A stretch of 64,000 bases of DNA from an uncultured bacterium (GTDB taxonomy: Bacteria; Krumholzibacteriota; Krumholzibacteriia; Krumholzibacteriales; Krumholzibacteriaceae), in NCBI GenBank assembly GCA_963747385.1, contig CAVVEY010000022.1, positions 11,739 through 75,738 on the forward strand, read 5' to 3'. Below the pieces are notes generated by a model. It made no database searches. It saw nothing but the letters and a program-made list of their open reading frames with translations, and had not been told where the DNA came from. Within the stretch, counting starts at the first letter, position 1, and each line of letters starts with the position of its first letter. A program made the translations under genes and the position numbers. Shown piece after piece: positions 53,208-62,830 of this stretch.

Positions 53208-54479
53208 GGTCTCACTTTCGCGCCTCCCGCGGGGTTGGTCTTCAGCGCCTCGGGGCTCTCGTTGAGCCAGGGAATGAAGCCCACGAAAGGCAAGCCCACT
53301 TGGTCGTTCCCGTCGTATATCACGAACTCGATCTTCTGTTCCGTCGTAACGCCGGCGCCCCAGAAATTATTCTCCGCGTGTATGGAATCGTTTCCGGCGT
53401 AGCCGGCGAGCCGTATCGCATAGCCCCCGGCGGACTCCGCGCTGTTGGAGTGGATCGAGCAGTACCGTATCACGGGGGCTGCCAGGTTCGACAGCACGAC
53501 GCCGTTGTAGCGATTGTTCGCAATGATTGTGCTGTCGATCGTCACGTCCGTTTCGGAAAGGGAATACGAGACCTCGATCCCGTTCGAGGCGTTGTACTGG
53601 ATAGAGCTCGATGTGATTTCGACGCTTGCGTTCTCGATCTCGACCCCTGTGCCGTTGTCCCAAATATCGCAGGAAAGTATGTGCGCCGAGGACGTTTCGT
53701 ACACGACGCTTATTCCGGTATTGCTATTATCGTACACCGCGCATCTATCGAGCGTGAGCCTTGCCCCGTCCATGACCTGTATCCCGTTCGAGCTCGCGCC
53801 TATCTCGACGTTCCTGAAAACAGCCTCGCTGCGCTGCCCGAACTGCCCGTACAAGTATATTCCATCCCACAGGCCGGAGCCGGATCCGCAGGTATTGCCG
53901 CGGAAACGAATCTTCTCGCCGGGGGTTCCCTCGGCCACGATGCGCCCGAACGCCTCGAATCCGCCCGAAGCTCCGTCGAACACGATCGTCACGCCGGCCT
54001 CGATCGTCAGTGTCGCGGTGGACGCGATCGGCAGCAGGTTGGCATTCTTGACGATGTAGACGGCTCCCGTGTTTTCGATCGTTGTAGGCGTCATTATCGA
54101 GCTCTGAACCCGGGTGCAGACGGTTACGCTCTGGCTCTTTGTAACTGATTCTATTTCGTCAGTTACCGCCATTCGAATCGTCACGGCCCCCGGTGTGGCG
54201 GGCGCCGTCCATTGCACGCTTTTGCCCGTCCCGGATTCCGGCGTGAAGCTTCCCGCCGTAGCCGCCCATCGATACGTCAGAGGATCTCCGTCATCGTCGG
54301 TGGCGTTCGCGCTGAGCGTTATGGTCCCCTCCGTTTCGATGAAGCACTTGCTCACCGAGAGAGTGACGTCCCCCGGCGGCGCGTTGGCGACCTTGGTCCT
54401 GCTTTCGCAGCCCGGAGCCGAAAGGATGGCAGCCAAAACCGCCGGAACCGCAAGCACATAGAATATGAGCGGCTTTCAT
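53195..54479 (-). CDS. Lipoprotein with Ig/PKD-like and right-handed beta-helix domains (apparent +1 insertion near 54475)
   Basis: AGGAGGAGG SD. The corrected N-terminus reads [24 protein letters not shown]. It has an [13 protein letters not shown] Ig domain, pectin-lyase-like repeats and ENNFWG. Confidence 0.8.
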
Positions 54480-54513
54480 TTCCTCCTCCTTGGACAGAGG
54501 CGGGGTCAAGGGC

Positions 54514-54542
54514 ATTATAGATTTCATGCGGAGGGAAAGCAA
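54514..54542 (-). promoter_or_regulatory. Sigma70 promoter of the lipoprotein-parA-parB operon
   Basis: TTGCTT-N17-TATAAT on the minus strand. Confidence 0.65.
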
Positions 54543-54575
54543 CGGAAAAAGAGCCGCATGACGGCCGGCGGGCGG

Positions 54576-54591
54576 TGTTTCACGTGAAACA
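54576..54591. promoter_or_regulatory. parS site 1
   Basis: Perfect palindrome TGTTTCACGTGAAACA. Confidence 0.95.
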
Positions 54592-54712
54592 TTCGGGCCG
54601 GTCGCTCCCGGCGCGCCCATACTGCCCCGACCAGCGGGTGACGAGGATGGCGAGGACATTCCCGCCTGCACCATTAGCGGGCGGCGGCGCCAGGGTCTCC
54701 TCCGGGCACTAG

Positions 54713-54804
54713 TAGCGGGTGACGCTGATGGGGTCCCCGCGTGGCGCGCAGCTCGCGGTGCGAGCGAGCACGGGCGGGGTGCAATCGGTGACAGGACCCG
54801 CGTA
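54713..54804 (+). repeat. Dispersed rod-hairpin repeat (module A+B), copy 3
   Basis: Matches the reverse complement of 24144-24236. Confidence 0.9.
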
Positions 54805-54902
54805 TCGTGCGAGCACGCGCGGGGCGTAATCAGCGGCAGGACCCGCGTATCGTGCGAGCACGCGCGGGGTGTAATCAGCGGCAGGACCCGCGTATCGTGC
54901 GA
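54764..54902 (+). repeat. 45-bp tandem repeat x3 (3' half of the rod hairpin)
   Basis: Units start at 54764, 54809 and 54854; consensus GCGAGCACGCGCGGGGTGTAATCAGCGGCAGGACCCGCGTATCGT. Confidence 0.93.
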
Positions 54903-54921
54903 AGCGGGCGCCGCGGTCAAG

Positions 54922-54937
54922 TGTTTCACGTGAAACA
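54922..54937. promoter_or_regulatory. parS site 2
   Basis: Perfect palindrome TGTTTCACGTGAAACA. Confidence 0.95.
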
Positions 54938-54938
54938 A

Positions 54939-55590
54939 TCAGGCGGGCGAGCTCTTGCGGAATACCAGCGCCATGCCGCGCGCTTCGGGGAGCTCGACAA
55001 CGGACTCCAAATGCAGCGGGGATTGAAGGGGTTGAGGCATTTCGCTCTCCCAGGACAGCCCTTTGACGGTGAGGTACGCTCCTCCCGGGCCGAGAAGCCT
55101 GTCCGCGAGCGGAAGGATGCTCGCAAGCCGCCCCGCGGCTTTCGATACGACGAGATCGAACGTGCCCGCTTCCTTGCAGTTCGCGGCATCTTCTGCGATT
55201 ACCCTGACGCCCTTGAGGCCGAGCTGCGCCACAACCCTGTCGAGAAAGAGCTGCGGCTTGAGCCTCCGATCGAAAAGCGCCAGATCGAGCCGCGGCCGCA
55301 CGATCTTCCATACGAGTCCTGGAAATCCCGCGCCGGAGCCTATATCCGCCACTTTGTTTGCGGCGATGCCGCTTTCATCCGCGGCGTTCAGCAGCGCGAG
55401 GGAGTCGAAAACGAGAAGCTCCAGGGTGCTCTCGAGGCGCCCCTTGCCCACGAGGTGCATTTTCCCGTTCCAGAAATCCACCTCTTGCAGGTAAAGCTTG
55501 ATCTGCCTGGCTATTTCGGGAGCTGCGTCGCCGAATCCCGTCCGGCCGAGCACGCTTATCCACGATTTTTCCTATCTCCTCGCAGGACAT
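54939..55590 (-). CDS. rsmG: 16S rRNA m7G527 methyltransferase (apparent +1 insertion near 55556)
   Basis: ADIGSGAGFPG and FDLVVSKA motifs; lies downstream of mnmG. Confidence 0.88.
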
Positions 55591-55604
55591 ATTACCCTCC
55601 TTGC

Positions 55605-57488
55605 CTACCGGCGCTCGATCCGCTCCCGCTTTCCCAGATGGATCATGAGAATCGACAGGTCGGACGATCGCACGCCGGAGAGCCGCGCCGCCCGACCGAG
55701 CGTGGTGGGCCTGAACTTCTCGAGCTTGAGCCTCGCTTCGGCGCTCAGGGCCTCGATAGCGTACGAAAAGTCGGCGGGGATCCGCACACGTTCGATCTGC
55801 AGCATCCGCTCGGCGAGCTTCTTCTGCCTGCGGATATACCCCTCATACTTGATCTTTATTTCGAGCGTCTCTTTTTCCCGCGGCTCCAGCGCGAGACCTC
55901 CGGCCGGAAGCGCGCTCTCTATATCCGCCACGGCTATGCCGGGCCGCTGGAGGAGCTGCGAAGCCTTGAGGGGTGCCGACGCGCTCCCCTGTCCCTTTGC
56001 GGCAAGAATGCGGGTGCATTCATCCGCGCTCAGCGCTCGTCGCTCGACGAATCTTCGCGCCCCGGCGACGCGCTTGCGTCCCGCGATCATCTTCTCCCAG
56101 AGCCCGCGCGGCAGCAGACCGCAGCGAACGCCGTGCCTGAAGAGCCGCTCGTCCGCGTTGTCCTGTCTCAGGACGAGACGATGCTCGGCCCTCGAGGTGA
56201 ACATGCGGTACGGCTCGTCGATCTCCTTCGTCACGAGGTCGTCGATCAGCACGCCGATATACGCCTCGTGCCTTCCGAGAATGAGCGGGCTTTTTCCCGC
56301 AAGGCTCAGCCCGGCGTTGATTCCCGCCAAGAGCCCTTGCGCCGCCGCCTCCTCGTAACCCGAAGTGCCGTTTACCTGGCCGGCGAAATAGAGCCCTCCG
56401 ATCTTCCGCGATTCGAGGGTCGGAAAAATCTGATGCGGAGGATAATAATCGTACTCGATCGCGTAGCCGTATCGAACGATCGCGGCGCTCTCGAGCCCCA
56501 CGATCGAATGGATCATCTCCTCCTGCACGTCGCGCGGCAGACTCGTCGAGAGCCCGTTGATATAGATTTCAGTCGATTCCCTTCCTTCGGGCTCGAGAAA
56601 GATCTGATGCCGCTCCCGATCGGAGAAGCGGACCACCTTATCTTCTATCGACGGGCAGTATCTCGGGCCGACGCCCTTGATCCGCCCCGCATAGAGGGGA
56701 GATCTGTCCAGGTTCCTGCGGATGATCTCGTGAGTCCTCGCGTTCGTATAGGTTATGTGGCAAGGCGCCTGATCGCCCTTTATCTCCTTCGTTCTGAACG
56801 AGAAGGGAGCGGGCTCCCTGTCCCCGGCCTGCTCTTCGCAGCGCGCAAAATCGACGCTGCCTTTCGCGACCCGCGCCGGCGTGCCCGTCTTGAGCCTGCC
56901 GCGTTCGATCCCGAGGGAGGCCAGCTGCTCCGCGAGTATGCACGAAGGGGGCTCCCCCTCGCGTCCGCCCGCAAAGCTCTCGTCCCCGATATGCATGAGC
57001 CCGTTGGGAAATGTGCCGAGGGTCAGGATAACCTTCGGCGCGCGAAAGCGTTTCCCTCCGGCCGTCTCGATACCCTCGACCGTGCCGTTCCTCGCCAGAA
57101 CGCCCGTCGCCTCCGCCTCGAGGAGAACGATGGTGCCGACGCTCTCGATCGCCCCCAGCATTCGGAGGTGGTATGCCTTCTTGTCCGCCTGGGCCCGGGG
57201 GGACCATACGGCGGGGCCCTTTGCCCTGTTCAGCATCCGGAACTGTATTCCGGTCTCGTCGATCGCGAGCCCCATCTCGCCGCCCAACGCGTCCACTTCT
57301 CTTACGAGCTGCCCCTTGGCGAGTCCGCCTATAGCCGGATTGCACGGCATCCTGGCGACATGGTCCCGGCTCATCGTGATGAGCAGCGTCACCCGCCCCA
57401 TCCTGCCCGCCGCGAGCGCAGCCTCGCAGCCGGCGTGGCCCGCGCCCACGACGATGACATCGAAGTCGGTATTCTCGATATTAGTCAT
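55605..57488 (-). CDS. mnmG: tRNA uridine 5-carboxymethylaminomethyl modification enzyme
   Basis: GAGHAGCEA, MPCNPAIGG, GPRYCPSIEDK and AGQVNGTSGYEEAAAQG motifs. Confidence 0.97.
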   Translation of the reverse strand: MTNIENTDFDVIVVGAGHAGCEAALAAGRMGRVTLLITMSRDHVARMPCNPAIGGLAKGQLVREVDALGGEMGLAIDETGIQFRMLNRAKGPAVWSPRAQADKKAYHLRMLGAIESVGTIVLLEAEATGVLARNGTVEGIETAGGKRFRAPKVILTLGTFPNGLMHIGDESFAGGREGEPPSCILAEQLASLGIERGRLKTGTPARVAKGSVDFARCEEQAGDREPAPFSFRTKEIKGDQAPCHITYTNARTHEIIRRNLDRSPLYAGRIKGVGPRYCPSIEDKVVRFSDRERHQIFLEPEGRESTEIYINGLSTSLPRDVQEEMIHSIVGLESAAIVRYGYAIEYDYYPPHQIFPTLESRKIGGLYFAGQVNGTSGYEEAAAQGLLAGINAGLSLAGKSPLILGRHEAYIGVLIDDLVTKEIDEPYRMFTSRAEHRLVLRQDNADERLFRHGVRCGLLPRGLWEKMIAGRKRVAGARRFVERRALSADECTRILAAKGQGSASAPLKASQLLQRPGIAVADIESALPAGGLALEPREKETLEIKIKYEGYIRRQKKLAERMLQIERVRIPADFSYAIEALSAEARLKLEKFRPTTLGRAARLSGVRSSDLSILMIHLGKRERIERR

Positions 57489-57555
57489 AATTATTCTTAA
57501 TACCAGCGCATCGCATTATTTAACTGGCATATATCTTGTAAAAGATTTGGCACCG

Positions 57556-58923
57556 CTATTTCCCTATACAGAATTTCGCGAAAATCGTCTCGAGAAGGGC
57601 GTCCGGCATGGACCGGCCCGTGATCGCGCCCAGAGCGTCCAGCGCGCATCTCGTCTCCACGCTGAGAATCTCCGCGGGCGCTCCTTCCTCGATGGCGGCG
57701 GCGAGCCGATCGAGCGCTTCGTCCGCCTCCCGGAGCGCGGCTGCCTGCCGGGCGTTCACCGCGATTCGCTCGCGATCGAGATCGCGGGCGGAGCGCCTGA
57801 CCGCCCTCTCGAATATCCACGCCCGAACGTTCTCGAGCCCCTCGTGCTCGAGCGCCGAGACGGCAATCGCGTCCCGCGCGCCGAGCCGCCGCCCGGCCTC
57901 GTCTGGCGGGCGCCGCAGCCCGAGATCGCTCTTATTGAGCACGCACAGGAGCTTCTCCGGAGCGATCCGGGCGATTTCCTCTCGAATGTCGTCCGCGATT
58001 TCCGCGCTCCCGTCGACGACGAACAGAACGAGGTCCGCCTCGAGCGCGGCGGCTCTCGCGATCTCGATTCCCTTCGCCTCGATCTCGCAGCGCGTCTCGG
58101 CGATGCCGGCCGTATCCTCGAGCCGGCACGTGAAGCCGCCGACGTGGATCCTCTCGCGAAGAAGGTCTCTCGTCGTTCCGGCGACGGGGGAGACGATCGC
58201 CCGTTCCTCCCCGAGAAGCGCGTTGTAGAGGCTGCTCTTCCCGACGTTGCGGCCTCCGAGAATCGTCACGCGAAGGCCGCGCCGAAGCCTCTCTCCCGCG
58301 ATTTCCGATTCGAGCAGCGCCGCGATCGCCGCGCGCGCATTCCGCGCGGCCTCGAGCGTATCCCGCGGGGCGCGCGCCGGAACGTCCTCTTCGGAGAAAT
58401 CGATCGACGCCTCGATGAGGGCGAGCTCGTCGAGGAGCGCTTCCTCGATCGCGCGCACCTTCCGCGAAAGCGCCCCCCCGAGCTGTTCGAGCGCGATCTT
58501 CCGCTGGAGCTTCGTCTCCGCCGATATGAGATCGACGACCGCCTCGGCCTGCGCGAGATCGAGCTTCCCGTTGAGGAAGGCCCTTTTCGTGAATTCTCCG
58601 GGGGTGGCGATCCGGGCGCCGAGCCGGACTATCTCGCCGACGAGGTCCGAGACCACCTGCATGTTTCCGTGGCAGGAGATCTCCACCATGTCTTCGCCCG
58701 TGTAGCTCGCGGGGGCGCGCATGACGGCGACGAGCGCTTCGTCTATCGGCTCGCCCGAGCCGTCGTTGAGCGCGACGAGGGAGAGGACGCGGGAGGGAGC
58801 GAGCCGCGCGCCCGGAGCCATCGCGTCGAGAATCGCGACGGCCGAGCTCCCCGAAATGCGCACGACGGCGATTCCCGACTCGCCCGGCGGAGTGCTGAGC
58901 GCGACGATTGCGTCATTCTCCAT
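57556..58923 (-). CDS. mnmE: tRNA modification GTPase
   Basis: SYTGED, NVGKSSL, GTTRD, DTAG, NKSD and a C-terminal FCIGK. Confidence 0.96.
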   Translation of the reverse strand: MENDAIVALSTPPGESGIAVVRISGSSAVAILDAMAPGARLAPSRVLSLVALNDGSGEPIDEALVAVMRAPASYTGEDMVEISCHGNMQVVSDLVGEIVRLGARIATPGEFTKRAFLNGKLDLAQAEAVVDLISAETKLQRKIALEQLGGALSRKVRAIEEALLDELALIEASIDFSEEDVPARAPRDTLEAARNARAAIAALLESEIAGERLRRGLRVTILGGRNVGKSSLYNALLGEERAIVSPVAGTTRDLLRERIHVGGFTCRLEDTAGIAETRCEIEAKGIEIARAAALEADLVLFVVDGSAEIADDIREEIARIAPEKLLCVLNKSDLGLRRPPDEAGRRLGARDAIAVSALEHEGLENVRAWIFERAVRRSARDLDRERIAVNARQAAALREADEALDRLAAAIEEGAPAEILSVETRCALDALGAITGRSMPDALLETIFAKFCIGK

Positions 58924-58929
58924 GATGCG

Positions 58930-59646
58930 TCAGCGGTTGCCCTGCCGCCTGCCGTCGTCCGGCTTCGCGGGCGAGATGCAGACCTTCCGAAGCTCGCCGT
59001 TTCCTATCGTGTAGGTCGTGATGCCGTCGAGGCCGGAGAGCGCCAGGTGAACGACGCGGCGCTCCGAGGCGTACATCGGCTCGAGCGTCACGTCGTGGTT
59101 GCTCTTCTTCGCCTTTTCCGCCGCCTTGACGGCCTTTTGCTTCAATATCTCGTGGCGGTTCCTGAGGTAGCCGCCCACGTCCAGGGTGAGCCGCTGATAT
59201 CCGCCCATTTTTTTCGACACGATGCGGCCGACGAGGTGCTGGAGGGAGGTCAGCGTGTCCCCCTTGCGCCCGATGAGAAGCCCGTCGACCCCCGCGGTCT
59301 CGACGTTGACGTAGGTCGCCCCGTCCAGCTCTTCGGAAAAGAGCCGGTAGTTCACGTCGAGACATTCCATGATCGAGCGCGTGATATAGTCCACGATCTC
59401 CTCGACGCCGCTTCCCGATTTCTTGCGCGTTACGCGGATCTTCGCGTCGCGCGAGCCGAAAATGCCGAGAAAACCCTTCTGCCCGGGGTCCAGTATTTTT
59501 ATCTCGACCTCGTCGATGCGCGCGCGGAGCGATTCGAGCCCTTTTTCGAGCGCTTTCTCGACGGTCTTCCCCGCCATTTCGACGTTGTCCGGCCGGGCTT
59601 CCTCCCGGTTCTTCCCTTTTCCCTTATCGCGTTCGAACATGCCCAT
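58930..59646 (-). CDS. jag: Jag/KhpB RNA-binding protein
   Basis: Jag_N (GKTVEKAL, KGFLGIFG), KH (LIGRKG) and R3H (ERRVVH) domains. Confidence 0.93.
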   Translation of the reverse strand: MGMFERDKGKGKNREEARPDNVEMAGKTVEKALEKGLESLRARIDEVEIKILDPGQKGFLGIFGSRDAKIRVTRKKSGSGVEEIVDYITRSIMECLDVNYRLFSEELDGATYVNVETAGVDGLLIGRKGDTLTSLQHLVGRIVSKKMGGYQRLTLDVGGYLRNRHEILKQKAVKAAEKAKKSNHDVTLEPMYASERRVVHLALSGLDGITTYTIGNGELRKVCISPAKPDDGRRQGNR

Positions 59647-59664
59647 GCAAATTCCTGCCTTTCA

Positions 59665-61458
59665 TTACGCGGCGAGCCTCGTCGCCTCTTCGGCGTCGAG
59701 CTCTTTCTGCACGAAGTATTGCTGAACGATCTGGGCCACGTTATTGACCAGCCAGTACAGGACGAGCCCCGACGGCATGCTGTAGAAGAATACGGTCATG
59801 ATGACCGGCATGAGGTAGGTCATCATCTTCGTTTGCGCCGCGGGCACCGTGTCTCCTGTCGGCGAGCCGCTCAGCTTCGACTGGTAGAGCATCGCTCCGC
59901 CCATGAGAATGGGGAGGAGGTGAAATTCCTTGCCGATGACCGGAAGCGCCGCGCTCCACCCGAAGAGCGCGTCCGGCGCCGAAAGATCGCTGATCCAGCT
60001 CACGAACGGGGCGTTCCGGAGCTCGATCGTGTTGCTCAGGACGCTGTAGAGGGCGAAGAACACCGGCATCTGGAGCAGGAGCGGCAGGCATCCGCCGAGC
60101 GGATTCACGCCCGCTTCCTTGTAGAGCTTCATGACTTCCTTGTTCTGCCGGTCCCGGTCCCCCTTGTGCTTTTCCTGGATTTCCTTGAGCTTCGGCTGAA
60201 TGCGCTGCATGTCCTTCATCGCCTTGAGGCTTTTGTGGGTGAGGCGATAGAAGAGGAACTTCGTCAACAGGGAGATGATGATGATGACGACCCCGTAGTT
60301 CGGGATGAACCGCTCCATCCAGACCATGAGCCAGAGAATGCCGACGCTCAGGGGCCGCAGCCGCCCGAGGTCGATCGTCTTCTCGAGTCCCACGCCGAAC
60401 GCCTTGAGCGAATTCATGTCGAGGGGCCCGACGTACCACTCGAACGAATCCTCGACCTGCCGCGGGTCCCCGCGGAACGGATAGGCGATCGCGTACCCGA
60501 CGAAGCCCTTGTCCCGCTCGCCGAGGAGGACGAGCGTGCCCGTGCCCCGGTTCTCCTTCGCCGCGACGAGCGCGCTCAGGAAATATTTCGTTCGCGCTCC
60601 GGCCCAGACGACCGTGCCGTCGTACGAGTGCCTCGTCTCCTTCGAGAACTTGCCCAGCCCCTCCTGGTGGTACTCGCCCCCGACCAGGCCGAGCGCCGCG
60701 AACTTCGTGTGCTCGAGCTTGATATCGGTCTCGCTCGTGGCGAGCCCGCTCTCCCAGCCGATCGAATACGCGCCGCTGTGGGCCATTTCCCCTTCGCGCC
60801 TGAGCGCGATCGTGACGCCGACGACGTAGCCGTCGCGGGAGAAGGCGAGCCGTTTTTCGACGTATTCGCCCGAGGGTCCCGCGCGCCTGAAAAGGATCTC
60901 CGCCTTTTCGCGCCCCTCGCCGAGCACGACGCGGGCGCCGTCGGCGACGGGAGCGCCGTCGACGAAAGCCTCGAATCCGAGCGATGAGAGCTTCTTCCAT
61001 TCGCCGTTCTGCTGAAGGGCGAGGGAGAGACCGCCCTCGGCCTCGGCGGGAACAAGCTCGACGGAGCTCCCGTCTTTCCGCTTGAAGCTCGGGAAGATGA
61101 CGCTCTCGACCTCTCCGCCGACGCTCGAGAGCACGACCTCCATCTTGTCGGTCACGACCGTTATTCTCGCCTCGCCGGTCGCCGCGCCTCCCGGAAGAAG
61201 GAACGCGCTCGCGCTCACCGCGGCCGGCTCCGTGCCCGCCTCCGCGTTCTTCGTGTCGGCCGAGCCCGAAACCGCGAGCGTTTCCTCCTCGGCGACCCCC
61301 CGCTCGAGCGCGGCGAGCGAATCGGCGCGCTCGCGTTCGCGGAGCTCCGCCGTGCGTTTCGCCGCGAGCTTCTTCTGCTGCGGCGCGACGAAGAACGCCT
61401 GCCAACCGATGAGTATGACAAACGTCAGAGCGATCGCCATCAACGATCTCTTGTCCAT
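59665..61458 (-). CDS. yidC: Membrane protein insertase YidC
   Basis: N-terminal TM, periplasmic domain, NPLGGCLPLLLQMP and GLVLYW motifs. Confidence 0.96.
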   Translation of the reverse strand: MDKRSLMAIALTFVILIGWQAFFVAPQQKKLAAKRTAELRERERADSLAALERGVAEEETLAVSGSADTKNAEAGTEPAAVSASAFLLPGGAATGEARITVVTDKMEVVLSSVGGEVESVIFPSFKRKDGSSVELVPAEAEGGLSLALQQNGEWKKLSSLGFEAFVDGAPVADGARVVLGEGREKAEILFRRAGPSGEYVEKRLAFSRDGYVVGVTIALRREGEMAHSGAYSIGWESGLATSETDIKLEHTKFAALGLVGGEYHQEGLGKFSKETRHSYDGTVVWAGARTKYFLSALVAAKENRGTGTLVLLGERDKGFVGYAIAYPFRGDPRQVEDSFEWYVGPLDMNSLKAFGVGLEKTIDLGRLRPLSVGILWLMVWMERFIPNYGVVIIIISLLTKFLFYRLTHKSLKAMKDMQRIQPKLKEIQEKHKGDRDRQNKEVMKLYKEAGVNPLGGCLPLLLQMPVFFALYSVLSNTIELRNAPFVSWISDLSAPDALFGWSAALPVIGKEFHLLPILMGGAMLYQSKLSGSPTGDTVPAAQTKMMTYLMPVIMTVFFYSMPSGLVLYWLVNNVAQIVQQYFVQKELDAEEATRLAA

Positions 61459-61534
61459 GCCGTCCTTTCGTTCGGAAACCGGAGGGTCTCGAATGAGCTA
61501 TCGATGGTTCGCGGGCCCGGCAGGCCCCGTCGCG

Positions 61535-61759
61535 TCAGCGCACGGGATCGTAGCCGCCGCTCGAGAAGGGATGGCAACGCAGGATGCGCCTGACCGCAAG
61601 CGCCGTTCCCTTGCCGGGACCGTGCATCCGGAGCGCGTCCTCGGCGTACCGCGAACAGGTGGGCGTGAATCGGCACACCGGTGGATGATAGGGAGAAACA
61701 ACCACTCTGTATATGTGCAAAGCCGCAAGGCCGATCCGTGTGAGAATTCGCGATATCAT
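61535..61759 (-). CDS. yidD: Membrane protein insertion efficiency factor
   Basis: CRFTPTCSRY...RILRCHPF...GGYDPV. Confidence 0.95.
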   Translation of the reverse strand: MISRILTRIGLAALHIYRVVVSPYHPPVCRFTPTCSRYAEDALRMHGPGKGTALAVRRILRCHPFSSGGYDPVR

Positions 61760-62103
61760 CCGTTTGTTGAAATGAGTCCAGCCCTACCCAACGAGCTTTC
61801 GACGTCCGCTAAGATCTCGTGGAACGAACATTCCGTCGGGCGAAAAGAGGCGATAAAAACGATCCAGAGATTCGTATCGATGAAACGATCTTCCAATCTC
61901 CTGAATATCTCTCTCATGTACCTCTTCGCCCTGTTACGCTGACAGGCCTTTCCTATTTTCTTCTTGCTCGCTACGAACCCGGGCGCGACGCAATCGCTCT
62001 CGCGCCTGAGAAAGCAAATGACGACCTTCGTCCCGGCTTCCCTCTTTCCTTCACTATAAACAAGACGAAACTGACTATTTTTCTTGAGGCTCCGCGATTG
62101 CAT
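61756..62103 (-). CDS. rnpA: Ribonuclease P protein component
   Basis: SLKKNSQFRLVY and SKKKIGKACQRNRAKR motifs; synteny. Confidence 0.9.
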   Translation of the reverse strand: MQSRSLKKNSQFRLVYSEGKREAGTKVVICFLRRESDCVAPGFVASKKKIGKACQRNRAKRYMREIFRRLEDRFIDTNLWIVFIASFRPTECSFHEILADVESSLGRAGLISTNG

Positions 62104-62123
62104 GCGGGCATCTTTCCTCTCGA

Positions 62124-62258
62124 TCAGACGCTCAGGCGTTTTCTTCCTTTCGCTCTCCTCCTTTTCAGAACCAGGCGGCCGTTCTTCGTGCTCATGCGCT
62201 TGCGAAATCCGTGTGTCGTTTTCCTTCTCGTGTTGTGCGGCTGAAACGTTCGCTTCAT
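62124..62258 (-). CDS. rpmH: 50S ribosomal protein L34 (absent from the ORF track)
   Basis: Translated by hand: [44 protein letters not shown]. Confidence 0.97.
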   Translation of the reverse strand: MKRTFQPHNTRRKTTHGFRKRMSTKNGRLVLKRRRAKGRKRLSV

Positions 62259-62299
62259 TTTGCACCTTCTCCGGTGATGGGTGTCTTCCTCAATTCGTA

Positions 62300-62830
62300 T
62301 GCCCTATTATACAAAAGCAGAATACGATAGAAAAGTCCTAAAACGTTGTCAAGCTAATAATGCCGCAGAATCACATCTCCGCTTCGCATCAAGGGTTTTC
62401 CCCGTCCCGGAAAATCCGGCTCGGCTCCCGTTTTTGCTGTCAAGCCCAAATTGTCATTTATTATTTTTTTAATTTATTACCCGCAAACGAGTTGTGGCTA
62501 TTTTCCCCCGGCCGGCAAAATTGTCTTGATAAGCCGCCGAACGTGTGATAGATTTCCCCCCGCGGGATGGGGGGACATTCCCCCGCGAGCGATAATGGCC
62601 ACACCGTCTTACATCTTGGCCGACAGCTCTTTCTTAATGTGGATAACGCTCTGTAATTAATATTTGAACCCCGCTGATTCTATTGTAAAAATTGAAGTTG
62701 CTTGGTTATCCACATTTGTGGGCAACCTCTGCAATTCAAAGAGATTCATAGCGGTCTCCTGGGGGGCTTCACTTACCTTTCGGGAGAGCGCAAACGGGGA
62801 TTTTGGGGCTCTTTTTCTCTCATATCGACG
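62300..62830. other. Putative oriC / dnaA regulatory region
   Basis: AT-rich rpmH-dnaA intergenic region with perfect DnaA boxes TGTGGATAA (62638-62646) and TTATCCACA (62706-62714), a degenerate box at 62717-62725 and an AT-rich tract near 62455-62480. Confidence 0.75.

Noticed and set aside
54764-54902. 45-bp repeats as a CRISPR array
   Set aside because: The units are contiguous with no unique spacers, and there are no cas genes in the window.
54291-54938. 215-aa ORF starting MFHVKH with repeated HDTRVLPLITPRACS
   Set aside because: MFHVKH is simply the translation of the parS palindrome, and the peptide repeats are the 45-bp DNA repeat; not a credible gene.
57525-57539. Sigma54-like TGGCATATATCTTGT between mnmE and mnmG
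   Set aside because: It lacks the -12 GC and points antisense to the operon.
56881-60987. Very long + strand ORFs (e.g. 1368 aa here; 1113 aa at 20822..24163; 897 aa at 54807..57500)
   Set aside because: These are antisense shadows of well-recognised minus-strand genes in high-GC DNA, with no recognisable motifs.
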